Below are positions 25,977 through 39,129 of a DNA stretch of 59,504 nt, one piece after another. Numbering within the stretch: the stretch's first letter is position 1; every line of letters starts with the position of its first letter. Both the position numbers and the translations under genes were made by a program. The notes under the pieces were generated by a model. The model saw only the letters and a program-made list of their open reading frames with translations, ran no database searches and was not told where the DNA came from. Source of the DNA: Vicugna vicugna (Eukaryota); NCBI GenBank assembly GCA_013265495.1, contig MU058456.1, positions 682,001 through 741,504 on the forward strand, written 5' to 3'.

Positions 25977-28900
25977 GTAAGTAGCCTAATTTAGTTTCCT
26001 TATTGATTTATTTGTATTTTGGGATACAGTTGGTAATGTGATTATTCTCTGATGTGTTAGATTTTCAGTGGCCATCAGAAGATTAATGATAATCAGCTGA
26101 ACTAAGAAAACAAAAAGCTCTGCATTTATTTGTAAATGTCAGATATTAATGACTTAAAGATAACTCGAAGAAAGTTTCCAGGGTTTGTTCCTCATGGGCA
26201 TTGTAAGCCAAAATACATATTTATTCCTGGGAGAACCTTAATTTAAATTTGAAAATTCTATTATGCAATCAAGCAAAACCATTATGTGGTCTGCAGATAG
26301 TTTAAATTGGTCTGCATAAAGAATTAGTGCTTATCTACATGGTATGGAAACCTGTGATTGATGTTTTATATTATGAATTTTATTCAGAGTAGATGATATA
26401 TACGTTTGCATTTGAATTGATGGGGACTTTGCATTAGCTAAAGTTACTGTTAGATCTAGCCCTTACTGAACTGATAACATGTAACATTCATGTTAAAATA
26501 GCAAATTTGTGAACATTGACTTGATTTCTTTGTAGTGTTTCAGCCTTTTATTTTTAAAGCTAATTTATTTGCATAAATCATAGTATTTTCCCATTAACAA
26601 GATGCAAATGAAATTAATTGCTTTTAATATTCTACTAAATTTAGGATAGATTTGTTACCAACTAATACTTTGTAAGGGCTGGTCCAGAAACATTTGGATT
26701 TTGGTATCTGATTTATATTGAAGAATTTAGTGGCTAGAGCAATGTCCTTTTAAAAAATAAGTACAGTATTTAAGATAAATTCATGCAAATTTCAACTTGG
26801 GAGATTGGAAACGTATATGGTGATTGTAGAAAGAATTCATTCTGTTGACAAAATTTTGGAAAATTTCATCCTTTGCATCTAGGAACCAAAACTTCATCAA
26901 CCATGAACATTTCATTACTATCCATTCTAGTCTTTACTTTTTTAGTTGCCAGGGGGACACGGGGTCATTTTTCTTGGAGAATGAGCCTAAGTAAATTTTC
27001 ACTAGCTTCCGGCTTACATCTCTGTGCACTAGAGGTTAATGGGCTAATACTTTGCCATAGGAAATGCCTTTAGAATCAAAAACTTCCATTCTTCTGCATT
27101 ATGATTAGGACTCTTTTGCCTAGACTTGGAAAAGTTCAGACTTTTTGAATATTTCCCATCATGATGAGAAATAAGAAAAAAGAAAAGCAGAAATACCAGG
27201 ATGCATGAAATTCCTTTATAGAGAAAAATCTCTTTTCCCTCATAGTTTGGTTTAAAAATCATCCTAGGTTTGTCTTCCAAACTTTATTTTAAAATTTTAA
27301 AACTTCAGTCAGATCTTGCATTTAGCCTTTATAGTAGATGGTTCTTTTTTTTTTTTCTGTTTGAGTTAGTATATTTTCTATAAATTATTACGGTAATATT
27401 AATTAGCAAAATTGATTCCTCATATCTATTGAAGGGCCATATCTCCTTTTGCACTTGGATAAGTCTCGATTCTGTTCATGTTAGCTGATAGCCATGAGTC
27501 AATGGGGGAATATATGGTAACGAAAATATTTACATTTCTCTACTTGAGAACATGGAATTTTTAATGGAAAAAAAGGATGTTGGCAACAGTTTGTTGGGAG
27601 TCCATGCTTTGAATACTTAGTAAGAGAACAGAATTACATTTAAGCCAATTAAAATCCCCTCCTAATAAAAATCAATGGACATATCAATCAGATGATGGGT
27701 GTAAAGCATAGTATATATGTCATCATAAATCTACTTTTTTAAAGTGAATTTTGGAAAAAAATAATACTTCCAAGTAAAGCAAGCAGGAAATAAACATGCT
27801 GTGTTGAATTTTCTATTGAATACCAGTATTCCCAAAAGAATTAATGACATATGACATAGATGTCTGAGACATAATACCACTCTGCGTTTTCAGTGACCAT
27901 CGCAAAGAATGCCGGTCATTACTCTCCTCGTGCAGATTCTTTTATGACTTTGAGAAAAAGAAACTACTTATAAAATAAGTGCTCAAGTGATTTTAATACA
28001 GATCTAATGAAGAAAGACTCACATGTGTTTTTCTTGTGGATTGGTGCTAGCCGGCCTAATGGTACCTGATCATTAAACCTGTTAACACTTGCTCAGTTTA
28101 TGTACTGTGTAAATGCTTTCAGGTCTTTCAGTACCTTTTCTCAGAAAGATTGAGAATTTGATCCTGCTCTTCTGTTGCGTTGTCTTTCCATGTCAACAGT
28201 GAGCAACTGCACAATGTGATACAGTTGTCTCTGATTCATTGTCTCTGTTTACCCAGCAAAGTGATTGTCAGAGGGGGTGTACCTTCAGGAAAGCTGTACT
28301 CATGGAAGAAGACACCTGAATTTGTTGTATCTGCCACTTGTCATTTGAATGTCTTGCTGGGTAATATTTTAAAAATGTATTTTCATCATTTAGACACAGG
28401 AATTTATCAGATTTTTTTAAATTACTATTAAGTAAGATTACATATAATTTTTATGCCTAGAATCATATGATAAAAACATACACTCTATATATATCAGTGA
28501 AAGCTTTCACAAATAAAAGAACACAGAAAGTAGGCTTTTCTTTTTAATACTAATTAACTGAAAGGGATAAAAAAGCATACTGTATTTTGTCTAGAAAATT
28601 CAGTTCCCCACTAATTTGTGATTGGCAGTCATTTTTTTGTTTGCTTGTGTTTTTTTTTTTTTTAATGGTACAAAAGGCAGCAGACAAGAGAGGTCAAGGA
28701 AACAGCTTTACAAGCCAGATGTTACTAAATAATCAGGTGACCCCAGATCAGTTTTCCAGAGGCTTTTCTAGCTCTTTACAACTTCAGAGCCCCAGAGCCC
28801 ACCTCTCCTCTGGCTTTCTGTTTAGGCGAATGTGAGCTAGTCCTCTCCTTCTTACAAAGAGTAGCCATTTGCCAAGTTTCTCGATCCCAGATTCTTCTAT

Positions 28901-31851
28901 CACTTTCCTTCTCTTTCTTTTGGAACTGAAGTTGCCAAACTCTCTGCTCCCTTCCTCTCAGCTTCCTCTTAAAGTCTGTATATCCATTGAATACATCATG
29001 ATACAGTCATCCAGTGAACTCCTGGGCAGCAGGTGGGGTGAATGGACGAGGGTGGATGCATCAACAAGTATAATGAAAAAAAAAAATACAACGCTGAGCA
29101 AAAGCTAAAAGCAAACTCTAGACACAAGATGGTATTTATATTGTACGATTTCTAAAAACAGTGAATCTGCAGTTGTCCATATTTATAAAAGAGCTAATAG
29201 TGTTGTGAGTTCCTTAACTGTCTTTACAAACCTAGGTCCTAAAATGACACTTTGAAGGGGCAGAGCTCTCTAGGAGATGTTTGTTTTCAGGCAGGGAAAG
29301 TGGAAAAAGGGTAAAAAGCCCACAGTGTGAGCTAATGGATGTGCAGAGCAAAACCGAAGTGTCCCTAGCAGCTACTCTTTGATTTTAAAGGACCCCTTCG
29401 TGTTTTGTTAATTGCCCATGTAAACAGCTCTCCAGGACAGAGGGGGCTTCTTTTTTCATGAAATTCCCTAGAGAGAGGAGCAGGAAATTGGCTGGGGCCA
29501 GCTCTCTGGCCTCCTTCAATCTTGGTTTTTAATGATCTTTCAGATCCCCCTCCAGTCTGCACCCTCACCCACTCGGAGAAGGAAACTGCATTATCTGTTC
29601 TTAGCAAGTAAATTATCCTTGCTACTTAAAATAGCCTTTCTTCTACATCCTTTAATCCTGAGCACGAGTGCACTGTTTCATGGAGCCCTGGAGTGCTGGG
29701 ATCTGCGGAATTATCTGCACTTATCACTTTATTTAGTAGAAACAGTGACTGATACTTGGTCTGTTTCTTGGCTTTGTTTTTTGGCCACACACATCCAGCA
29801 GCAGAAACTCAAAGCAGAAAGCAGCTCCTCCTGTGCGCAGAGGGCCTGGAGAAGTATGTTTGTGCATGCTGAGGAATTGCTGGGAGTATTGAAATGATTA
29901 AAAGTCATTTCGGAGTTGTCTTGGCTTATTTTAATTTCTTGATCAAGGCAGCAGTATTATTTCTCTCCATAGAGTTTTGTCCCTTCTCCATTCGCCCTTT
30001 CCTTTCATTATTATTCTGAAATGGCTGGGGTCTAGTAAGGCTGGCCATGGAATGAGTAGGGTAAGGTTCTGTCGGCTTGCAACAGTTTTAGATCTGCTGG
30101 GAGGTCCACCTCCCTATCCACAAAGAAGACAGGCATCCTAAACACACTTAACATCCCAGCCCTAGATATTTATTCAGTTGGCTCTTAAAGGTATTTTCTC
30201 TTCAGTGTCTTACTGAAATGCATGTACCTTTGGGCAAGGTGTCCCTGAACTGCACTTAGCACAGCAGAAGATGAATCATTAATGGGATGTTTCTGGTGAA
30301 CTGGCGAGGGACAAGGACACCAGATACGGGAGTTCTGTCAAGGACCATTTTGCCACATGTATAAATTAACAAATGGATGAAGAGGGTGATGAACTGACTT
30401 TACGTCTTTCTCATTTTGTCTCTCTTGGGCAGGGGCAGGAAAGGGTATTTAGGTATGAGGTGGAAGATGAGAGTGAGCAGCAGAGGGAGAGAGTGTTGTC
30501 AGAGTGGGTAGGACTACAGAGGCAGAGGACTCTGAAGGTTACTGGAAACTTCTGGGTGGAGCTGGCCCTGCTCGACTTGGAAGAGTTTGTCTCACTGCAG
30601 ATAAATTGGACTGGGTGCGCTGGATTAGGATAATTCTTAGGCTGAAATTCCTCATTTTGAGCCAACACAGGAAATGACCTTCAGTGTAATTGGATAGGCT
30701 TGGGTTGCTGTAATTGGCATATGTCAGTCTGTGTATTTTTTTTTAAAGAGAAGACATATTCAGGCCGGTTGTATTTCAGCCAAAACATACTGCCTTGACA
30801 AGCTGTTTAGAAAAGTAATTTGAGTAAAATGAGGTTATTTCTAGAATGCAAGAAGAGGGAATCACCTTGGTTTTTACAACTGAGTTGAATTAGATTTATG
30901 AGATTTTCAGCAAAGTGAAGACAACATTTTCTGAAAGAGGGAAAGGGCTTAATTTAGGCAAAATAAAGGACATGGGAGTACAAACCATATTTGGATAAAT
31001 TTTAACATAAACTTAGTTTTCTTCTTAGGACTTCCTTCCCTCCAAGCCCACAAATATCGAAGCAAGAATTTAAAATATCTATTGTCAAAGCCAAATGGAA
31101 GTCCAGTGTCATTTTGAATGTTAGAAAGCCAGAAACAAAATGAAGAAAAAATTGAGTGTTGCATCTGAATTAGCATTTAAAGTGGCATGTTTATATAAAA
31201 AGAGAATGCTGTAATATATCCTGAGAGTAAAAAGGATTTCAGACTGTGAAAGAATGTCAATTGCATTTATATATTCATCGAATAGCAGTTTGGTATTTGG
31301 TATGTATTCGCAGCATCCCTCATCCCACCTGCATTCATCTCTTGTGCAGTGGGTAAGGGAGGAGACCTGGGGGATGGAAACAATGTAGGATTGATCTTCT
31401 CACCTTTGAAAATTACTAGGAAGACCTTAGTGTTGCTCCCAGGCAAGGGAGGTTCCGTCACTTAGGGAGGTTCATCAAAATATATGTGCATTTCCAAACA
31501 CACTTGGGAGTGCAAATCTGGATCTGCATGTACACATGCTGGGGAGGGAGGCAGAGGAAGCTGGCGGCTTGTGGACTTGGAGCCCATTTCTCACTGCAGA
31601 TCTAAAATGCCACCCCCAGCTGGGAACTGTTGTTCTTGGGAGAGATTCAAGGTGACGGTAGTGTCTGGATACCCAAAGCATGAGGGGAAGTTCTCTGCTT
31701 CATGCTTACTAAATGACGTTTTAGCAAACGTGAGTCAAACAGGAATTGAAATGCATGTACCTTTGGGCATGCATTTTCAGGTGGCCCACGGAGCAAGGCG
31801 GGTGCCTGTGCTCTCTCATTCAAAGACGCCTTCTCAAGTCTGTTGCTCAAT

Positions 31852-32077
31852 AGGTGTTTCAGAGCCATGCTGCCTGGGGTCAGTCCTACCTCTGCCATTT
31901 AACCAGCTGTGTGACCCGCAGATGGTTACTTAGCCTCCGTGTGTCTTAAGTTTCCTCATCTGTAAAAATGGGTGTACTCTACTATCCTGGAGTGTTTTGA
32001 GGATAAAATGAGTTAATATTTGTAAAATGTTTATAACAGTGCCTGGCATGCAGTAAGTTCTATGTAAGTGTTTTGTT
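31852..32077 (+). mobile_element. MIR, near full length
   Basis: ctctgccatttaaccagctgtgtgacc...agtttcctcatctgtaaaaatggg...aaatgagttaatatttgtaaaatgtttataacagtgcctggca. Confidence 0.85.
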
Positions 32078-32080
32078 AAA

Positions 32081-32104
32081 AATAATAATAATAATAATAA
32101 TAAT
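32081..32104. repeat. (AAT)8 microsatellite
   Basis: Read directly. Confidence 0.95.
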
Positions 32105-33690
32105 GGAATTAAACCCTCTTTCCCCTACTGCCATCACTTATTTTTGTCCTATAGAGTTAGGCAAAAGACTGCCAAGTAGGCTGAGGATGGTCCATTAAAG
32201 CCAGATCATTTTTGAGTAGTGTATTCTGGGGGCAGCTTTGTTTACCAACCCTTCTGTCAATGGAGAGGTGTTAAAGGGGACAGCTGACTCCACATTCCTG
32301 GGCCGATCTTGCCTTGTGTCCCTCCATGGTCAACCCTGGTGACACGTTTCTAGGCGTGTGATGGAGACAGACCCCACACACGTTCTGGCTCTGCAGCTTC
32401 AAGCTGTGAGGGAACTCCTTGTGCTCAGTGACCCCTCTTCCAGAATAATCCATCCCTTGAAACCTGCCCACCTTTCCCAGCCTGGTATACAGACTACTTC
32501 TCAAAACCATGTTGTGAGTCAGGCAGGTATTGGGGTATCACAGATGTCCATGTGGAAAAGTGTGATCTTAGGATGTGAGAGCTGGAAGAAGCCTTAACAG
32601 GAAACCAATTCTAAGTATCTTTGTTGGATAAGTGAGGAGCTAACAGCTCGGAGGATTTGAGATGTACTTGTGCTCGGATTGTTTCTTGACAGTGAACTGT
32701 GGCCAGAATTTAGAGTTCCCACCCACCAGAGGCTGGAAAGCAACCTTTCCTCCTTCAGGGTGACACACTTGAGTTAGAAAGAGATAATCAGCAAGGCTGT
32801 GGGTGCGTTTTGTTCTATAAAGACATGAATTTTGGCCTCGACGTCCACAGTGAGGGTCACATAAAGTAGACTTGACAGAGTGCACTTGTCTTCACCGTGC
32901 TTGTCATGGTTTCTTTGAACAATTTGGAAAGCATGGCCTCAAACGCTTCATAATAGTTTACACTTAGCACGGCAACCAGAGGAAAAGCCTTAAGTTACCT
33001 AGCAGCACTAGCAGGACACTGAGTTCACTGAGACTGGTCATGGGACGAGTGATGGCTACGCTGGTGGGGTGTGACAGTCCCCCTGCAGTAGCTGGCAGGC
33101 CCCAAATGTCACCATTATCCGATGAGACGTGGGAGCAGGGCGGCTGCATTCCCTCTTGTTCCCCTGACTCCTTACGCTGTAGTAAGTCAGGCCTTTGAGG
33201 GGCGCATGGAGGGGAACCTGGGAGATTTTGCTTGTGTCCTGGTGTTTCTCCTTAGGATATGGACCTTTCCCTCTGCCGTTTGGACTCCTGAGAATTGGGC
33301 ACCTCACTCTTTTACTCTTTGCAGCTGCCAACAGGCAGACCTATGCAGCTGGGGTAAAAGAATTTTAGGATTACCTTCTCCTTTTCTTCAATAGAAGCCT
33401 CACCGTCTGAGACTTCTGGTGGTCGTTTCTTTCATCTGAATATAGACGCGTTGTCTTTTAACATGTTGTTGTATAAAGCCCCTCTCCTGGGAGGAGGTGG
33501 AGGACTTCGCCCTGCTTCTGTATTGGAACATATGACGTGCCTGTGGAACATGCCAGCAGCTGTACCCCTCCCTCCCCAATGGCCTTCTGGCTCTGCTTCA
33601 CCTCACATATCCTCAGGTAGCTTTTGACCAGTGCCATGAGGAAATTCTATGCAGTTAGTCCCATAAACACAACTCCATGAGAGAAAAGAG

Positions 33691-33794
33691 TTTTTTGGAG
33701 GGAGGGGGCGGTAATTAGGTTCATTTATTTGATTATTTATTTAATGGAGGTACCAGGGATTGAACCTGGGACCTCTCCCATGCCAAGCATGCGC
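33691..33794 (-). mobile_element. 5'-truncated vic-1-like SINE abutting an LTR
   Basis: Same tail (ggtaattagg...tttattt) and B-box region (gggattgaacctgggacc) as the 9158 copy; stops at catgcgc and lacks the A-box head. Confidence 0.85.
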
Positions 33795-33795
33795 C

Positions 33796-34289
33796 TGTGA
33801 ACGAAAATACTGCAATGTGAGTGAAAATACTGTAACCACATCAGTAAACAAAGAATGCTGAAACCAAGTCATCAGCGGCTGCCGCCACCCCCCAGTGGGG
33901 GCCGGCCTGCAGCCCAGCCTCTGCAGCCACTCACAATGGTGCACTCTGAGTGGACTCAGAATAAGAAAGGACAGAATACTGGCCCTAGATAGCTAGGTGC
34001 TTGTCAAAAGAATGAATTCAGTGAGCCCAAATGTTTGCTTCCTCCCATACATAGAAAAGCACTAAATTCTTTAACTTGAGATGCCTGATTTTCTTTAGAT
34101 AACAAGCAATCTTTTATTGTTCCAACTACTTGGTCTTTGTTGTAAAGCTCCTATATATCCTAGCTCCTCCCCTACCTCTTCGGAGCAGTCCCTCAGAGCC
34201 ATCTGAGAGGCTGTCATCCCAGCTTGAGTCCTCCCACCAAATAAAACATAACTCTTAACTTTTAGGCTGCACATTTATTTCAGTCGACA
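33796..34289 (+). mobile_element. Solo LTR, ERV1-class (MER34/MER41-like; family uncertain)
   Basis: TG...CA ends with imperfect inverted termini (tgtgaacgaaaata / tatttcagtcgaca); TATA-like ctatatat at 34151; AATAAA at 34240-34245; 494 bp. Confidence 0.8.
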
Positions 34290-35356
34290 GTTTGTATTCT
34301 TATTTTTCAAAAACTGCAGAGGGTATTTTCTTTGAGAAGTGGGCACCGTCTGACATCCTCACGTAGCTATTGTGGGTGATGCTTACTGCAGGGACAGGGG
34401 GGACCTTCCCCCTCTGCTGGCAACAGGGCAGAGCAGGGGAGTAGTCTGCTTTCTCAGCTTCCCTTGGCCTCTCTGCTGCAACACTAAATAGGATTTGCTC
34501 TGTGTGGGGCACATGAGTGAGTTCACTGGGGGTTTGGTATTTCAGGGCATAAAGCCTAGTGTTTAGTATCTTAACAAATCAAGAATCAATTATCTGGGAG
34601 AAGCAGCAGAAGGTTTTTTATGTCTAGGATGAATCAGTTTAAACACTGAAAACAGTCCTTATGGATTAAAGAAGCCTTTGGAAGCCGTGGAGTATATTTC
34701 TAAAATGCACTTGACATCATAAACTGAAATGGAGTGGATCGGTCCATGGTTTCATGTCTTAGGGGAACAATGGTGGCTTTTTTAGGTGGGATTCCAAGGT
34801 ATTACAAATTTGTATGTAAATGCACTTGATCCTGATAGAATCATGGGGAAAAATACTGTCATCAAACATCTGCTTAAAAGCACATTACTTAATTATTATC
34901 TTTGAGAATTCAGACTGCTTAGCTCTATTCTAATTTTTTTTTTTTAATGGAAGATGTTGGTCAGACATGTCCTTAAGACCACAGCAGGGGTTAGTGATGG
35001 TGGTAGTTATCTTGGGAGACACTTAAAAGGAGAATTAAAGCAAACATACTTTAGATGTGTACTTCTTGAGGCTCTATGTAGTCTCTTCCCACCCAGCACG
35101 CACCTTTCAGCTACTGTTTAACATCACCTAGGCTGTGCTTTGTTAAGTACCTAGGAACTGGGAATTCTAGTTGTATTAACCCACAGCAGAATTTAAAACA
35201 ACAAAACTAAACAAAAACAAAGCAGCTTCTCTCATGAAATCCCATTTGGCATCAACCAGTTTCAGCCGTAAGAACAGTGGAGCCCTGCATGGTCTAGCAG
35301 TTAACGTTTTCTCCAACAGTGAACAGTGCTTCCCTCTCCCCTTTATTAAAAAAAGA

Positions 35357-37135
35357 AAGCTTGATTGAAGCATAATTGACACACAATAAACTGCACTTAA
35401 TTTAAAACACACAGCTTCATAAATTGACGTATGTATATACCTGTGAAGCTGCCACCACAATCAAGGTAATGAAATACCTGTTTCCTCCAGAAGTTCCCTC
35501 TTACCGATTTGTACTTGCTTCCTCCTCCCACCCCAACATGCCTAATCAGGCACTTAAATACTTGCCATCCCTAAAGATTAGTTTGCATTTTCTAAAGTAC
35601 TGTTTGTACTTTTTTTTTTTTTGGTCTGGTTTCTTTCACTCAGCATAGTTATTTTGAGCTTTATCTATGTTGTAGTTTATGTTAAGAGTTCATTCCTTTT
35701 TGTTTCTGAGTAATATCCTATTGAATGAATATACCATACTTTGCTTATCCATCTACTAGTTGATGGGCATTTGGATCACTTATAGTTTTGGGCCATTATA
35801 AATAAAGCTGCTATACATGATTGGTAAATTTTCTCCCAGCTCATGGCTTATGTTTTCAGTCTCTTTACAGCATCTCTTAAAGAGCAAAAGTTACTAATTT
35901 TGATGAAGTCTGAATTATCAATTTGTTCTTTAAGTGGTCCTGGTTTTGGTGAAGCCAGGTTTGCCTAATTCCAGATCACAGAGATTTTCTTCATTCTTGT
36001 TCTGTTTTTCCCAGAAGATTTATTATTTTATATTTTATATTTTCACTTCTACATCCATTTGAGTTAGGTTTGTTTGTGGGTAAAGTGTGGGTCAAGGTTT
36101 GTTCTTGCATGCAGGTATCTAATTGACCCAGCACCATCTGTTGAACAATTGTCCTTTCTTCCCTGAATTTCCTTATGGTTTTGTTGAAAATTGGTTGTCT
36201 ATATATGTGTGTCTATCTACAGACTTCCTGTTTCATGGACTTATTTGACTGTCTTTATGTCAATACCACATTGATTTGATTATTGTAGCTTTATGATAAG
36301 TTTAACTATCAGATAGTGTTGGTCCTCCAACTTCATTTTCTTAAAAAAAATTGTTTTGACCAGTCTACATTCTTTAATTTTGGAATCAGTTTGTCAATTT
36401 CTACCCAAAAAGGCCTGTGGAGATTTTTTTTTTTACATTTTTTATTGATTCATAATCATTTTACAGTGTTGTGTCAAATTCCAGTGTTCAGCACAATTTT
36501 TCAGTCATTCATGGACATATACACACTCATTGTCACATTTTTTTCTCTGTGATTTATCATAACATTTTGTGTATATTTCCCTGTGCTATACAGTGTAATC
36601 TTGTTTATCTATTCTACAATTTTGAAATCCCAGTCTATCCCTTCCCACCCTCTACCCCCCCCGTAACCACAAGTCTGTATTCTCTGTCCATGAGTCTATT
36701 TCTGTCCTGTATTTATGCTTTGTTTTGTTTGTTTGTTTGTTTTTGTTTTTTAGATTCCACATATGAGAGATCTCATATGGTATTTTTCTTTCTCTTTCTG
36801 GCTTACTTCACTTAGAATGACATTCTCTAGGAGCATCCATGTTGCTGCAAATGGCATTATGTTGTCGGTTTTTATGGCTGAGTAGTATTCCATTGTATAA
36901 ATATACCACATCTTCTTTATCCAGTCACCTGTTGATGGACATTTAGGTTGTTTCCATGTTTTGGCTATTGTAAATAGTGCTGCTATGAACATTGGGGTGC
37001 AGGTGTCATCCTGAAGTAGATTTCCTTCTGGGTACAAGCCCAGGAGTGGGATTCCTGGGTCATATGGTAAGTCTATTCCTACCTGTGGAGATTTTTTAAT
37101 CGAAATTGCATTGAACCTATAGATCAATTTGAGAA
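35357..37135 (-). mobile_element. Old L1M (MB/ME-type) 3' region, interrupted by a young L1 at 36430-37081
   Basis: gcttgattgaagcataattgacacacaataaactgcac...atcagtttgtcaatttctacc; resumes after the insert with aaattgcattgaacctatagatcaatttg. Confidence 0.8.
36430..37081 (-). mobile_element. Young 5'-truncated L1 with uninterrupted ORF2 C-terminus and 16-bp TSD
   Basis: ORF 36750-37127 reads DLPYDPGIPLLGLYP...WKQPKCPS...YHMRSLICGI without stops; TSD CCTGTGGAGATTTTTT at 36414-36429 and 37082-37097. Confidence 0.95.
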
Positions 37136-37625
37136 GCTATGAAGAATTTTCCAGTGGCTATAATGAAACTTTGGTCTTAGGGATGTATTAGGGAGAATAA
37201 TGTGTGAGCTGATGCAGTTTGGAGAGACTGGGATGGGATTGTCCCCTACGGTATACTGATAGAGGAGATGGGTGATCCAGCCGGGGCAAACGAAGTTGAG
37301 GAATAAGTGACCAAATACCCCTCCGAGAAGCCCATGAGAAATGATTGGGTGAGTGATTCAGGGAGCAGCTCAGGTAGTGATTTCAAGCTGAAGTCAGAGG
37401 GGACTAGTTACGTTTCTTCTGGAAAGAAGAACAGCAGTGGAGAGCTCCCGATCAGTGTAGTCAGGAAGAGGAGGAGGAAGAGCGTGGCCAGATAAGGTTC
37501 ACGTATTCATGTCTAGAGGAGGAGAAGACAAGGCCTGCAAAGATTAGGATGCAGGGAACACACAGGAGTCGTATCATCAGAAAACAAAGGTCAGTTGTAC
37601 ATTAGAACTGATGGTTGGTCTAGAA

Positions 37626-37857
37626 CCGTGGTCCTCAACCAGACGTGATTTTTGTCCCTTAAGGGGACATTTGACAGTGTCTGGAGACATATTTGATTGT
37701 TAGAACTACTGGAAGGGGTGGGGTTTCATCTATCATCTCATGGGTAAAGAGAGGCCAGAGATTCAGCTAAGCATCCTTCAGTGTACAGGAAGACGCACAC
37801 CTCCAATGACGACTTACCTACCCAATATGTTAACAGTGCCAAAGGTGGGGAACACTG
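37626..37857. mobile_element. MER20 hAT DNA transposon
   Basis: ccgtggtcctcaacc...ggggacatttgacagtgtctggagacat...aacagtgccaaaggtggggaacactg; 8-bp TSD gtctagaa/gtctagag at 37618-37625 and 37858-37865. Confidence 0.88.
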
Positions 37858-38184
37858 GTCTAGAGGGGAGGACCAGAAAAGAGGGTGGAATGAGAGTGGA
37901 GCTGACTGATTCCTCTGACGCCTCATGTCTGTATTGTCTTGAAGAGAACTACTCTTCTGTGTGGTGACTGTGTAGAGTGACTCTGCATGATCAGGGATTA
38001 GTCTTTGGAAATCTTCTCTGGGCATGCTTTCAGAAGATGCATAAAAGTATTACCAAATTAGCATAGTTTAACAAAAGCATACTTGGAGTACAAATAAATG
38101 GAAGAAGTGTTGAACATTTGAATTAATTCACTTAAGAACGTATTTGTTTAGATATGGCATTGCCCATGGATGAGTTTATCAATT

Positions 38185-38905
38185 GGGATACTTTTCATTG
38201 CAAGTAATAGGAAACCTCACTCAAAGTGGCTGAAAAAAATAAAGGAAATTGACCAGCTAATGTAACTAGGAAGGCCAGGCTTCTTGCAGGGTGTGATCCA
38301 GAGGTTCAGTGTTGACACCAGGATCCAGTTTTTCCTTCATCCCAGTGCAGGCTCCCTTCCTAGCTCATAGTTGGCTGCCAGCAGTTTTTATTTTTTTGGG
38401 GGGGTGGTTATGGTTACTTTTTTCTTGGTTCTTCTCATCATAATCCTACCATTATGGGGTTTCTCTTCTATTGGGCCTTCTTAGGTGTTGTGTCCACTGT
38501 TGAATATGGTAATAGTTACGGCATTACTCTCATTAGCTCAGACTGGTGCTGTCCAGTATGGTAACCACTGGCCACATGTGGCTACTGAGCTCTTAAAATG
38601 TAGCTAGTCCCAATTGAGATATGAAAAAATGTGAAATACCTGTTAATGCATGGGAAATGACAGTATTTTGGGATATTTTGGGTCAGAATATAAATACGTC
38701 TTAAAATAGCTTTCACCTGCTTTTAATTTTTTTTTAATGTGAATACTAGAAAATTTAAAATTGTATAGGTGGCTTCAAATTGCATTTTTGGTGGACAGAA
38801 TTAGCATAGACCATTCAGAAGTCCCTGAGAATGGGGTGGAGTCAATCACACCCAAACCACATGGCTGATACACATATGGCAGAGAGATGGAATGGATATT
38901 GGGCA
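38185..38905 (-). mobile_element. Ancient MaLR/ERVL LTR interrupted by a MER33-like element
   Basis: ttgcaagtaataggaaacctcactcaaagtggctgaaaaaaataaaggaaattgaccagctaatgtaact; resumes with ggggtggagtcaatcacacccaaaccacatggctga. Confidence 0.55.
38543..38803. mobile_element. MER33/MER3-like hAT-Charlie element
   Basis: gtgctgtccagtatggtaaccactggccacatgtggctactgagc...tactagaaaatttaaaattg...tggacag. Confidence 0.8.
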
Positions 38906-39129
38906 AACAATGAAAAAAAAACTCTTTGGTGACTAGCGTAAGCAGAGGAGGGAATATTTGTTTAATTGCTACTATTTTATTAAAGATGAATGTCTGGAAG
39001 TACTACTGCTTTACTACTACTAATAAAAGCTAATGTATTTTCCTTAAGAATACTTGTGAAAGGTCTAAAATGAATATAACTCATAGTAACTAGTGAGATA
39101 GCACAAAGGTGCACTAAAAAGAAGTAAAT

